Assembly (NCBI GenBank): GCA_038213495.1
Contig: JBBQSY010000003.1
Location: 2,455-66,454 of the forward strand
Direction: 5' to 3'
Length of the DNA: 64,000 nucleotides
Source: Bacteroidales bacterium
Lineage (GTDB): Bacteria; Bacteroidota; Bacteroidia; Bacteroidales; UBA4417
Below, piece by piece: positions 1 through 9,999 of the stretch. Every line of letters begins with the position of its first letter. The first letter of the stretch is position 1. The position numbers and the translations under genes were made by a program. Under the pieces are notes generated by a model that was not told the origin of the DNA, did not search any database, and worked only from the letters and a program-made list of their open reading frames with translations.

Positions 1-508
1 GCAAAACCAGGCTGCAAAATCAGATGCAGTTAAAGTAAATTCGCAGCGTGATCAAAAAGATCGATTTGCAATGATTCCGGGTTTGACTGATGATCAGAAA
101 ACAAAAATCAAGGATTTAATGTACAACAAGAGCCAGGATCAACAGATGCTTAAAGCACAACTCGCCGAAAAAAAGGCTCACCTCCGTGTTTTAACGCTTG
201 CTGATTCGCCCGACCGTAAGTCGATTGACAAAACTATTGATGAAATGTCCGACTTACGTGGTACCATAATGAAGCATGCCATCGATACGAAGTTCAAAAT
301 AAAAGGAGTGCTTACACCCGAACAGTATAAAGCATGGCAGATGCATCAGCAACATAAAAAGCATATGAAAGCACAGGGTGACAGACAAGGGAAAAGACAG
401 GGAATGCGTGCCGGTTCCGAAAACCGTATGCAGCCGCAGGGGAAGGGGCAATTCAACAACCGGGCTCCAAAATCTCCTGTAAATAGTGCGCCTGATCAAA
501 CCAATTAG
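1..508 (+). CDS. Spy/CpxP-like periplasmic helical protein, 5'-partial
   Basis: Frame is open from base 2, so the true start lies upstream of the window. Two LTxxQ motifs (LTDDQK, LTPEQY) flank a helical hairpin, followed by a low-complexity Q/G/K tail. Confidence 0.65.
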   Translation, partial: QNQAAKSDAVKVNSQRDQKDRFAMIPGLTDDQKTKIKDLMYNKSQDQQMLKAQLAEKKAHLRVLTLADSPDRKSIDKTIDEMSDLRGTIMKHAIDTKFKIKGVLTPEQYKAWQMHQQHKKHMKAQGDRQGKRQGMRAGSENRMQPQGKGQFNNRAPKSPVNSAPDQTN

Positions 509-530
509 AAAAATTAAAGTTAAGAGGCCG

Positions 531-562
531 GCGGTTTCAGTTTTTCTGAAACCGCTTTTTTT
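531..562 (+). terminator. Rho-independent terminator
   Basis: gcggtttcag-ttttt-ctgaaaccgc followed by T7, just after the stop at 508. Confidence 0.8.
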
Positions 563-637
563 GTTCCGGAGTGTCGGCAAATGAAAGGCAAGGCGCAGTT
601 ATATTGATCTACATGTAAAACCTTTTATATCGGCAGG

Positions 638-755
638 GAATATCTTACCCAGGCCCGGCATCCATTTATACTATTACAAGTATCCCGTCGGATATAATTT
701 GATTTATTTTAATGCTTTAAGATGATGTGTACGCGCTACAAGTGAGTGCGATCCG
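638..755. repeat. 118-bp direct repeat A (partner 1517..1634)
   Basis: gaatatcttacccaggcccggcatccatttatac...cgcgctacaagtgagtgcgatccg aligns without gaps to 1517..1634 with scattered substitutions. Confidence 0.9.
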
Positions 756-1203
756 AGTCTTTCAAAAAATACCGTTCATCTATCTCAATACCGTTTTCAA
801 TCAGGAAATTCCGATATTCCGTTTCAAAACTTACTGTTTTATGATGTTCTTTCTGATTTTTTATATAGTTGATTATCATTTGTTTATCATTTAGATTGTA
901 GGTAAATGCTGCAAAACTAACTGCCCAACCCTCGAACACAGGAAAATCCGGATTTGTTTTCAACCATTTACTCGAATATTCTTTGAGTTCTTTCATAAAA
1001 TCAGAAACTGCAAAAGTTGGATGAATATCAACCAACAAATGAATGTGATTCTCTACACCACCAATGCGATATAATTTCGATTTCTTGTTGCTAATAATGC
1101 CCATCATGTAGGCATACAACTTCTTTTCATGCTGTTCAGGAATTGTATTATTCCCATGCTTGGTTCGGAATACGATGTGATACAATAGTCGTGTGTAACT
1201 CAT
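736..1203 (-). mobile_element. tnpA: IS200/IS605-family (Y1, HUH) transposase TnpA, REP-associated type
   Basis: Starts MSYTRLLYHIVFRTK (ATG at 1203). HUH motif NHIHLL and catalytic YIKNQKEHH are present. No tnpB nearby. The last 6 codons come from repeat A. Confidence 0.88.
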
Positions 1204-1221
1204 GCAAATTGATATTATGTC

Positions 1222-1397
1222 CTGCCTTTCAGGCAGAAGTTGTGTTTCCACTTTTTGCCGCAGGTCATTGACCTTGCGGTTTTGAAAGTTTGTCCTCTTC
1301 GAGGTCAAGTTGCTTTGTCCTGAAAGGACAGATTTTCATAACATCAGGTCATCGACCTGATGACGATACGAATATAATCTATCTGCCTGAAAGGCAG
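1222..1397. repeat. REPIN-like composite of six short palindromes in two mirrored halves
   Basis: ctgcctttcaggcag / ccgcaggtcattgaccttgcgg / tgtcctcttcgaggtca is mirrored by tgtcctgaaaggaca / catcaggtcatcgacctgatg / ctgcctgaaaggcag, directly upstream of tnpA. Confidence 0.8.
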
Positions 1398-1404
1398 CAC
1401 TAAT

Positions 1405-1471
1405 TCAGTCTTTCAAAAAATACCGTTCATCTATCTCAATACTGTTTTCAATCAGGAAATTTTGATATTTC
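1405..1471 (-). pseudogene. Duplicated 3' end of tnpA carrying a TGA stop right after KD
   Basis: Near-identical to 756..820. Reads ...IDERYFLKD* with TGA at 1405-1407. Confidence 0.85.
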
Positions 1472-1516
1472 CTTACTTGCTCTTGCTAGTAGCGCGTCCA
1501 TTCCCATTTATTGAAT

Positions 1517-1634
1517 GAATATCTTATCCAAGCCTGGCATCCATTTATACTATTACAAGTATTCCGTCGGATATAATTTGATTTATTTTAATGCTTTATG
1601 ATGATGTGCACGCGCTATAAGTGAGCGCGAGCCG
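1517..1634. repeat. 118-bp direct repeat A' (partner 638..755)
   Basis: See 638..755. Confidence 0.9.
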
Positions 1635-1815
1635 GGGGGAGGGAAACAGAGGATAGCATTTAAAAAGATCAAAGAACGAAAGCAGTATCAAATATAAAAA
1701 TGTTTTTGGTTTGATTAGCGCTGTGAATAAAATTATTTATTTTGTAAATCAAGGGTACATTTAAAACAGTAGCAAGCCTGATTTATGCACCATTATTCAA
1801 CTCCCTGCACTATGC

Positions 1816-2448
1816 TCATTTATTTGCCGGCTTATCCGATAACACCCTCTCACGAAGCGACTGTATCGCTCTAAGCGGAGTTTCGGCAACAACCAGATTG
1901 TAGAACCAGGCAGGGATATTGCCGCCGGGATCGATATATCCTTCAAGGAAAACATGCACATTCCCTTTATCCATTTGCTTTACCGTCCATACTTGCCTAA
2001 AATTCCGGATACGGATCAGGTTTAATTTTTCGGGAACCGTATTAGGCAAAGGCTTCGCATCAAATATTTTATCCCCGGTTGCCGGGTCTGATGTTATAAT
2101 GGTTTCTGCCACCAGGTCGCGGCTTGTAATGGGCCAGGGTACATTATAAACCATGTAATACTTGATAAATTTATTTTCTTCAAAGCCAAGCACCCTGATG
2201 TCAGTGATTTCTTTGTTCCACCAATCCATATTTTTTGCATTGCCAAGCATATCGCATACCTTTTCAATTGGAGCATTGAAAATCACATCTCCTTTAAATG
2301 ATTTAAGCGGACTATTAGCTTCGGTGCGAGTATATACTTTTATGCCATCTTTTTCTTTCACAAAACTCCAGGGCTGGGCATTCAATCCGTTTATAACAAC
2401 GAAAAATAAAGCGAAAAGAGAAGTTGTAATAAGTGCAATGCGTTTCAT
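1816..2448 (-). CDS. Secreted START-domain lipid-binding protein
   Basis: Signal peptide, then WSFVKEKDGIKVY, PWPITSRDLV and DPGGNIPAW START-family motifs. Confidence 0.85.
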   Translation of the reverse strand: MKRIALITTSLFALFFVVINGLNAQPWSFVKEKDGIKVYTRTEANSPLKSFKGDVIFNAPIEKVCDMLGNAKNMDWWNKEITDIRVLGFEENKFIKYYMVYNVPWPITSRDLVAETIITSDPATGDKIFDAKPLPNTVPEKLNLIRIRNFRQVWTVKQMDKGNVHVFLEGYIDPGGNIPAWFYNLVVAETPLRAIQSLRERVLSDKPANK

Positions 2449-2550
2449 AAATGGATTTTGTGTATTATTTGCTGCCGAAAGTAAAGATTCTTTTCTTTGT
2501 TATGGTAAGGAGGATGTGGGTTTTTTGGCTGTGTTTTAAGAGATTGTGTG

Positions 2551-2716
2551 TAATTAATTTTTAAGTGGCTCAGGAATTACTGCATAGTAAAATTGATTTG
2601 AAAAACATACTTATGTCAAATCCAGATTGAAGACTACCAGGCACTATGCACCAAGCACTATGCACCATACCCTTTGCACTGCTATTTTGTAATTTCTGAA
2701 CTACATTGTTCTAAAA
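2551..2716. repeat. Imperfect direct repeat B (partner 9371..9557) with a gcactat/gcaccaa heptamer arm
   Basis: gctcaggaat-act-catagtaaaattgattt...cagattg...cactatgcacca-gcactatg...ctgctattttgtaatttctgaactacattgttctaaaa is shared with 9371..9557. Confidence 0.85.
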
Positions 2717-2733
2717 CAGAATCTTTATTCTCA

Positions 2734-5148
2734 TTAATACGGAATCTTAAATCCAAACGAGAAATAGAAATTCCAGTCATGGGTGAATGTGTTTGAATGA
2801 AGCAGTATATTTACCGGGCCTATTCTCGATAAATAACCTATTTTTAAGCCATATCCCAATATCATGGCAGGTTCATAATCATTTAAAGTACCTGCATCAT
2901 TAATATCTTTATCAAAATCCCACTTAAAAGGGTTTTTTAATAACAAGCTGTATGTATCGGTGTATCGTCCTGCGTTGGCTGAGGGTGCAATAAAAAGATG
3001 GCTCCCTATGCGGTACTGTGCCGAAATGCCGGCCTGAATAAGCTGGCTGAATGCCAGTTCCGCTTTACGTAACCCGATAAATGAAATTTCGTTGGTATGA
3101 GCCGATACATCGATGCCGCCGATATAAAAAGTCTCCGGATTATCCGGCGTAATGCTGTCGGCACTGGAAATATTCAAATTATTATGGATCGAAAATCCTG
3201 ATCCCAGGGCAGCAGATAAACCCAGGGATAGCCGGCCACTCAGAGGCACCCACTTTTGCTCTTCAATGTTGTAACGGATATAGGATCGGCCGTGCGAGGT
3301 AATAATTTCCTTTTCCGTTCCGGTTCCGTCAGATGTATTGTATGCATAGGTGCCGAATTCGGATTTGTACCCGAAACCTGTTTTTATTTCTACATACAAC
3401 TTGTTCCCCTTGTCAGGGAAAAACACGGCATTTAATGTGTTTTGCTGTATGCCGGTTTTAATGCCGAAACCCTCGCTTTCGTGCCTTAAAAAGCTAACGG
3501 GTTCGGGTGTTGATGCGTTTCGCGGATCGCGCTGTGGCTTGATTAAATCATTAAAATGGTTTAATTCAACAAATAACTGCATGCTATTATTTACAACAAA
3601 ACTTGCTACGATTGCCCCGTCAAAAAAATACCTCAGGTATTTATCGCCGGTCCTGATTTCTCCGTGTGAGGCCTTGGTAAATAAAAAATCATTCAAAACC
3701 GTGGTTTCCCCTAAAGCATCTAAAGCCCAACGGAAGCGGGCATTAGATCCGATGAACCGGTAATAGTTTAAATGTGCTTTAGGATGTTCGGCCAGGTCGA
3801 GGCTGAGCAACGCCCGTGAATTTGATAAAAAAACGTTACGGAAAGTTCCGTTCAGCAATATGCCGGCAGCATCATCGGTATCATAATGGAATCCAGCTTT
3901 TATAAATGCATGCTCGCTTTCATAGGCCCTGATGTTGATATGCGACAAAGCGCTGTCAGGCGATAACGAAAAATCGAGCGCCACTTTGCTAATAAAAAGC
4001 GAACCATAAATTTGTTTTAATCCATTGGTTATATCATCACTGCTGTAAACCTGTCCGGGTGCTATATCGAATTTCCGTTTAAGCAGAACCGCGATATCCG
4101 CGTTTTGGGGATCAACGGTAAGCGTTCCGAGAGGCTTGAGGGTTGAAGCCTCATTCACACGGGAGTAAACCCTTTTATGAATGCCATGGCTATGCTGCCA
4201 GGCTGCAATTTTCTGAAGTTCGGGCAACATTTCCCTTGCATTTTTTTCTCCGGCTTCGATGATCAGCCGTACATCTTCGAAATTGGTTTCTTTTATTTCG
4301 GGTAATTCGTTGTTTACCAGCACCTCGCATAATTCTTTATCGGAATCCGAAAGCTTTGAAATGGACAGGCTTATACTTTGCAAGCCCATTTTAAGCCCGT
4401 CACTCAATTCGTCGGGTCGTAAAACCCTGAACCCGGCGTAGCTGCCTATCACCTTTTTCGCACCCATGTCGAGGACTTCTTTGACAGGGAAATTTCGCAC
4501 AAGGCCGCCATCCACCAAAATATAATTATCTTTTTCGACCGGTGAAAAAATCATCGGTATGGCCAGGCTCGACCGTATGGCTTCGGGCAAAGATCCGCTT
4601 GTAAGAAGTATGGCATCGCCGGTTTTTATATCTGTGGCAACACAACGGAACGGAATGGGCAGGCTGTCAAAATTCTGAATATGCCTCACCGTAAACGTAA
4701 GGCGGGTAAGGTATTCATTCAATACCTGTCCTTCAATAAGCCCTTTAGGCAGGGATAGCCGCATTTTCACAAAGGGTATTTCGAGCAGGTAGCGCCCGTA
4801 TTCCTCTTTTTCTTCAATATCAATATCCGCCAGCGATACTTTATCGCTGAATAAAGCCTGCCAATCGGTTCCCAGGGCCAGGGTCTTTAATTCGTCGCCG
4901 CTGTAGCCAATTGAATACAATGCCCCTATAACGGCTCCCATGCTTGTTCCGGTAATATAATCGGGCCGTATATCCAACGAATCCATCATGCGGAGCAAAC
5001 CGATGTGCGCCAGGCCTTTTGCCCCGCCGCCACTAAGGCACAGACCTAGTTTGTCCGGTTTGACTGCATTGGGCTTCTGTGCTTTACCAGGTGAAGAAAT
5101 TGCAACTAAAAAGCTCAGCAGAAAGAAAATGGATATGGGGAATTTCAT
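2734..5148 (-). CDS. Patatin-like phospholipase with POTRA and C-terminal beta-barrel (PlpD-like)
   Basis: Signal peptide MKFPISIFF (ATG 5148). Motifs SGGGAKGLAHIG, GTSMG and DGG, then a long amphipathic beta-strand C-terminus ending YFSFGFKIPY. Confidence 0.85.
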   Translation of the reverse strand: MKFPISIFFLLSFLVAISSPGKAQKPNAVKPDKLGLCLSGGGAKGLAHIGLLRMMDSLDIRPDYITGTSMGAVIGALYSIGYSGDELKTLALGTDWQALFSDKVSLADIDIEEKEEYGRYLLEIPFVKMRLSLPKGLIEGQVLNEYLTRLTFTVRHIQNFDSLPIPFRCVATDIKTGDAILLTSGSLPEAIRSSLAIPMIFSPVEKDNYILVDGGLVRNFPVKEVLDMGAKKVIGSYAGFRVLRPDELSDGLKMGLQSISLSISKLSDSDKELCEVLVNNELPEIKETNFEDVRLIIEAGEKNAREMLPELQKIAAWQHSHGIHKRVYSRVNEASTLKPLGTLTVDPQNADIAVLLKRKFDIAPGQVYSSDDITNGLKQIYGSLFISKVALDFSLSPDSALSHINIRAYESEHAFIKAGFHYDTDDAAGILLNGTFRNVFLSNSRALLSLDLAEHPKAHLNYYRFIGSNARFRWALDALGETTVLNDFLFTKASHGEIRTGDKYLRYFFDGAIVASFVVNNSMQLFVELNHFNDLIKPQRDPRNASTPEPVSFLRHESEGFGIKTGIQQNTLNAVFFPDKGNKLYVEIKTGFGYKSEFGTYAYNTSDGTGTEKEIITSHGRSYIRYNIEEQKWVPLSGRLSLGLSAALGSGFSIHNNLNISSADSITPDNPETFYIGGIDVSAHTNEISFIGLRKAELAFSQLIQAGISAQYRIGSHLFIAPSANAGRYTDTYSLLLKNPFKWDFDKDINDAGTLNDYEPAMILGYGLKIGYLSRIGPVNILLHSNTFTHDWNFYFSFGFKIPY

Positions 5149-5263
5149 AACGTGAAAATAGGTAAAAAGGGAACTCTCATTCATAGAATTTGTTCAAACA
5201 GGGACTAGGGTTAAGAAATTTAAAAAATGTCCGATACAGGAGATTTTTCTTTCATTTCCTATT

Positions 5264-5926
5264 TCATATAGTTTTTTTCTTGGTTTTGTTTATCATAATG
5301 ATGGCAAGCGTAATGAAATACGCATAAAAATTAACCAGGAAAATCCGCTGCCACACACCGCTGTATATATGTAAAAAGGTGTCCCGGAAATAGTTAATCC
5401 TGAAAGCGAACAACAGTGTGGAGGTAAGCCCAATGACAAAAGCGATTTGCGAAAAGCGATAAAATGCCGGCGATAATTCACGGGTAAATATTCGCATAAG
5501 CACTAATGGCAAAAGGATCAGTGCGGTAACGCCTATTCCGCCCAACAGGTCGTGTACCAGGGCCTGGCTGGTAAGTTGCCCGTTAATTGTATCTGCTCTG
5601 AACACTCCCGAAGCAACGCATTCGCCCAGTCCGTATAAAATGATAAGCCACGAGGCAATACGGGCATTTTTGCCGTATCCGCTGAAAACACTTCTGAATC
5701 CGATAGCGAAAAGTATAAAAACGATTCCCAGTGTTACCGACCAGACACATACCTGCGATGCAACCGGGCTTTCGGAAATTCCCAGCGAACTGAGGGAGTC
5801 GGTTAACTGGTTGTATCCCGGAATTTGTTTCCCGAATGCGTAAATCATGGCCATATCAGCGATACAGGCTGCGATAGTGAGTATTCCCGAAGCAGCGATA
5901 AGAGACTTTTTAACGGATGAGTTCAT
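5264..5926 (-). CDS. DUF998-family membrane protein
   Basis: About 5 TM segments, GYNQLTDSLSSLG, VHDLLGG and GVWQRIF motifs. ATG at 5926 lies just after the mprF stop. Confidence 0.7.
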   Translation of the reverse strand: MNSSVKKSLIAASGILTIAACIADMAMIYAFGKQIPGYNQLTDSLSSLGISESPVASQVCVWSVTLGIVFILFAIGFRSVFSGYGKNARIASWLIILYGLGECVASGVFRADTINGQLTSQALVHDLLGGIGVTALILLPLVLMRIFTRELSPAFYRFSQIAFVIGLTSTLLFAFRINYFRDTFLHIYSGVWQRIFLVNFYAYFITLAIIMINKTKKKTI

Positions 5927-5934
5927 TTTAAATT

Positions 5935-8538
5935 TCAGGGTTTTATTACTTTCGATAAAAGCGACGGAATAATAAGCAGATCGAAGTCGTGTTCGTAAAC
6001 CAGGTATTTGTCGTGCCATACGGGCGAGAATTTTTCCTTGTACTCGCGCATCCCTTTGTAATGCGCAAAGGATTTGATTTTCTCATATGCGAATTTCATC
6101 GAGCGCTCGGAAATGTCTTCGGGGATTTCGATCCCGCTCAGCGGGGCAAATCCCAGGTTAACATAACGAATATTCAGGCCTTTAAAATAATTGAACATCT
6201 CAACGATCATAAAATCAATTACGCCGTTCGGTGCATCGCTTGTTTTGCGCACCAGGTCGTAGGTTCCTTCGTTTTTTGCAAAATCGGGAATGATATTTAA
6301 AAAGCCGATCACTTTTTCTTCCTCATTTTCGACTACAATTACGGTCTGCTTCCTGATTTCATCCCAAACAAACATTCCCTGCGAAAAAACAAATTCCTGC
6401 CGTTCCATATCCAGCAGCCATTCGTCGCTCACAGCTTTCAGTTTCTGCATCAGCCCTTCTTTGAGCGGAGGCTCCGCAATATGTGCCTTAAAGCCTCTTT
6501 CGGTTACTTTATTGATGGCGTTGCGCATGCTTTTTTTGTCGCCTCCCGACAGCGTAAAGCTATTCAGATCAACCACCGCTTCCTGGCCAAGGTAAAGGCT
6601 TTTTTTACCCAGTTGCCTGTACATACCGAGGCTCTCTGCCGGAACGCGGTACGAAATGCTTTTCAGGCCGTTGTCCGAACAATATTTGCTGAATGATACT
6701 AGACTTTGCAGCATTACATCCCGGTTTTCGGCAACAGGGTCCTCGAGAATTACCGCAAAGTTTCCCGAAACTTTATAACTGATAAAACAATTCCCGGCTT
6801 CGCTAAAAAATAATTGCTTGTCGCGGTATGTTTTAAAATAATCCATTGCCGAGTTTCCATAAAGTTTCGTCAAAGCCAGTGCTTCATCCAGCTCCGATTT
6901 TTCCGGTTCGCGTTTCCATACATAAGGTGAAATAAGCGTAAAAACGAGGAACCCCATCGACAGGAAACCGCTGATCTGTATGGAGTCAATAAAGTACCTG
7001 GTGAATTTGCCTGCCGCGATAAGATCGGGACTTCCAATCAGAAAATAATTGAGCAATGTGTATTTAATCGATTGGGCCAGGCTGAAATCGATACTGAAAT
7101 ATTTAACATTCAGAAAGTAAAACCCTACAACCCCGTAAAACATAACTGCTGCCATGCTTATCAGGGCTGTCTGTATGCCGATGCCACGAAGTCTTGGATT
7201 GCTCTTTACAACATATTCCTTTCTTGTTGAATACAGCGAAAGCATTGCAATAAATGCAATAATAGCCTCCTCGTAATCGATGGCTTTGGTAAGATGCCCT
7301 ATCAGTGATCCTATACTAAGCAGTATCGCAAACCACCATGCAGTCCGTAACCCCCTGAGCATAAAAGCTGCGGTTATCAGCAGAAGTAACCCGCTGGCAA
7401 GCACAAAATAATTGGAAGCGTGGATAGCTTCGTTGGGTATGTAATTCCGCAAAATATGCATACGGCCGGATACGGAAGGAGTTAATACCGATATAATATT
7501 CACCACGCCCAACATAAAAAGCAAGGCTGCTGGCATAATTCTCATAAGTAATTTGTTGGCTTTGGCAATAAAAGCTAAAAGCCCTGCCAAAAGCGGCAGC
7601 CAGAATTCGAAAAAGCGATACAATGCAGTGATGGAAATGGCTTCGACCATTGTAAAGCCAAACCGTGTAAGAATAAAACCAAGCGAAAATTCCACAGCCC
7701 CCAGGCCGCGCATAAAGGGAGATAGTATCATGAACACCACCGAAATTATATAGCCCGAAGCGCAGGCAAGCAGGCTTATATGCACTCCCATAGCCCGGGC
7801 TGCAATATACAGGTGCAGTATTCCCCAAACTTCGATTACAAGGGAGTATGCCAGGCATTCGAACAAGCGTTTCCACTTTATTATGCCGTTATCGATGTCG
7901 CTTACATAAACCTCGATGGAAGAGTAATAGCGCTTTATTAGCCGGTATGCCGCACCTTTCCTGATAATATTACGGAATAAGAGATAGAGAGATGCCAGCA
8001 GCAGGATTACCGTAAACAAGGCTATCCATTCGTCGCCATTCACGTTGCTCGTAGTTAACCCATAAACAAAAACGGGAATAGCGATTACAACTACCGAAAC
8101 GATCCCGATAAAACCATAGAGCGAGCTGGCAAAATGAATTTTCGTTTTCGAAACGCCGCTCTTTTCTATTTCACCGCTAAAAAAGGCCAGTGACGAAACA
8201 CCGCCGGCCGGCAAAAACACTGAAATAAAATTGCGTTTCAGAAATAATGTTATCCCGGCTTTTACCGTAATTTTTTCGTCGAGAGCGGCAAAAGCGGAAT
8301 GGTACATAAAACCGTGTGTGATAATATACACAACGGTGATAAGGACTCCTGCCAGCACAAAAAGAGGAATTGCACCGCCAAGCTCAACCGTTACTTTTGA
8401 AATTTCCGCCCGTTCATGAAATAAAAACCATATCCCTATTCCTATAAATAATGCTGACATTAAAAACTGTATAATAAGCTTTCGCTGCTCTGAAAATACG
8501 GTCAGGGTTTGGTTGATTTTAAACGAAAAACCTTTCAT
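5935..8538 (-). CDS. mprF: Bifunctional lysyl-phosphatidylglycerol flippase/synthetase MprF
   Basis: N-terminal multi-TM flippase (PAGGVSS, GLGAVE, YRFFEFWLP). C-terminal DUF2156 synthase (EDPV, LGQEAVVDL, DLVRK, NLGFAPL, YKEKFSPVW). Confidence 0.9.
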   Translation of the reverse strand: MKGFSFKINQTLTVFSEQRKLIIQFLMSALFIGIGIWFLFHERAEISKVTVELGGAIPLFVLAGVLITVVYIITHGFMYHSAFAALDEKITVKAGITLFLKRNFISVFLPAGGVSSLAFFSGEIEKSGVSKTKIHFASSLYGFIGIVSVVVIAIPVFVYGLTTSNVNGDEWIALFTVILLLASLYLLFRNIIRKGAAYRLIKRYYSSIEVYVSDIDNGIIKWKRLFECLAYSLVIEVWGILHLYIAARAMGVHISLLACASGYIISVVFMILSPFMRGLGAVEFSLGFILTRFGFTMVEAISITALYRFFEFWLPLLAGLLAFIAKANKLLMRIMPAALLFMLGVVNIISVLTPSVSGRMHILRNYIPNEAIHASNYFVLASGLLLLITAAFMLRGLRTAWWFAILLSIGSLIGHLTKAIDYEEAIIAFIAMLSLYSTRKEYVVKSNPRLRGIGIQTALISMAAVMFYGVVGFYFLNVKYFSIDFSLAQSIKYTLLNYFLIGSPDLIAAGKFTRYFIDSIQISGFLSMGFLVFTLISPYVWKREPEKSELDEALALTKLYGNSAMDYFKTYRDKQLFFSEAGNCFISYKVSGNFAVILEDPVAENRDVMLQSLVSFSKYCSDNGLKSISYRVPAESLGMYRQLGKKSLYLGQEAVVDLNSFTLSGGDKKSMRNAINKVTERGFKAHIAEPPLKEGLMQKLKAVSDEWLLDMERQEFVFSQGMFVWDEIRKQTVIVVENEEEKVIGFLNIIPDFAKNEGTYDLVRKTSDAPNGVIDFMIVEMFNYFKGLNIRYVNLGFAPLSGIEIPEDISERSMKFAYEKIKSFAHYKGMREYKEKFSPVWHDKYLVYEHDFDLLIIPSLLSKVIKP

Positions 8539-8812
8539 AAATAATTGATATTTTAAGATTCTTTAGAATGGCGATTTGTTAAAACCAAACCATTGCTCGC
8601 TTGTATAGTTAGTTATAAGCCATTAATAAGCTGTAATCTCAATTATCTGTAAATATACCACACATTGTACTTTGAATGCGTTTTTCAGTTATAAAAATAT
8701 GGGTAAAAGCGCTACGGTATTTAATGTGAAACACCTGGTTTTTACAAAAGCAGAACTCCGCTCTTGTTTCCGGCTTTCGTTTGATTTGGCTGAAACTTAA
8801 CCAAAGATGATT

Positions 8813-9130
8813 CTAATTGTTTGGCGCCCCGCTGCTGATCCAGCAGATAACAGCATCTTTTTATGCTGTGGATAAGCTTTTTCCCTTTGGCATGTTTCCA
8901 CTCTCAATCTGACCGCTTACATTGTTTCTGTCTGCCGCAAGGCTCGTATAGTTTGAAAAATTTGAATGACAACCTGAACAGTACGTTTTAATTATGGGTG
9001 CTACATCCGTTTTGTACGATTTTATTGCACCGCTGCATGTGGGTGTATAGGAAGTATTGCTGTTGCTGATTTTCGAACATCCCGTCCATAAACCTATACT
9101 GATCAACGCAAGAAACATTATCTTTTTCAT
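8813..9130 (-). pseudogene. Small c-type cytochrome lipoprotein interrupted by an in-frame TAA
   Basis: MKKIMFLALISIGLWTGC lipobox, CSGCH heme motif and MP ligand. After TAA (8861-8863) the frame continues KDAVICWISSGAPNN*, the typical WI..GA.NN ending of this domain. Confidence 0.75.
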
Positions 9131-9370
9131 ATATAGTTTTTTTGATATGTGAATGATGTTCAATAAACCATATAATCCAAAGAAAAGTATTTCGTTGGGA
9201 AAAATTAACAATCCGATCCGAACAGGAATATCATTCAAAAATTTTTAGGGTTTAAAAGTGGGATGTTCTTATGGGCTGGAGCCCTTAGCCGCATATGGTT
9301 TACATTCAAATAAACCTGTTTCCGCCTCTCCCTTTTTTTTTCGAAATGGTTGTGTTTTAGAAAAATTGGA

Positions 9371-9557
9371 TAATTAATTCCTATGTGCGTAGTGCTTCGT
9401 GCATAGTGCTCAGTGCTCAGGAATGACTACATAGTAAAATTGATTTAAAAAACGTACTTAATGCTAATTTCAGATTGTAACCCACCATTCACTATGCACC
9501 ATGCACTATGTTCTTTGTACTGCTATTTTGTAATTTCTGAACTACATTGTTCTAAAA
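9371..9557. repeat. Imperfect direct repeat B' containing a complete inverted heptamer element
   Basis: Left arm gtgcgta gtgcttc gtgcata gtgctca gtgctca; right arm cactatgcaccatgcactatg. Overlaps the 3' end of the 9523 ORF. Confidence 0.85.
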
Positions 9558-9789
9558 AACAACCTTCGAAGTTAAGATAATACGCCATTCTGGCTGCACA
9601 GGTACAGACGAAACCCTCGCCAAAGGAAAGGCGACTGCTGCATTGTGTGTTATGGTTAAAGTCAACAAAAAGTATTTCGTTGTTTATACAGGAAATCACC
9701 TTGCAAAGCGGTGTTTTTGAACAGCCACCACAAAGATTTTCCCTTCCGGATTTATCGGGGTTTTCGTCTCCCTTTAGTTGAGCAGGCAT
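9523..9789 (-). CDS. Small cysteine-rich hypothetical protein
   Basis: CGGC..LCKVISCINNEILFV..CSSRLSFGEGFVCTC: nine Cys in about 88 aa. Start chosen at ATG 9789. Confidence 0.55.
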   Translation of the reverse strand: MPAQLKGDENPDKSGRENLCGGCSKTPLCKVISCINNEILFVDFNHNTQCSSRLSFGEGFVCTCAARMAYYLNFEGCFLEQCSSEITK

Positions 9790-9934
9790 AACCAAAAGAT
9801 TAGTGAGAGGAGGCAAAGTGTCTTACAATTCCTTTCAAAATAGGGTGACATTGCGAATTGAATAATTATTTCAGTTTAAAAACTATAATACTCAAACTTG
9901 TGATGCGACCAGGAATTCCAGGCCCTGTTTAATT

Positions 9935-9999
9935 CTTTTGAAATTCAGGAAACCTGCTGGTCGGGCTGTCTGACCGGCAGGTTCCCCTAATTTCAAGAG
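9935..9999. repeat. Long imperfect hairpin (about 27-bp stem)
   Basis: cttttgaaattcaggaaacctgctggtc-gggctgtct-gaccggcaggttcccctaatttcaagag. Confidence 0.65.

Noticed and set aside
736-1308. 190-aa long form of TnpA, or a full IS605 element with tnpB
   Set aside because: The extension runs through the palindrome region; the family-like sequence begins at ATG 1203, and no RuvC/TnpB ORF is adjacent.
756-1471. Diversity-generating retroelement (template and variable repeats) from the duplicated tnpA 3' end
   Set aside because: No reverse transcriptase is present, the repeat is only ~65 bp with few mismatches, and the target is a transposase tail rather than a ligand-binding domain.
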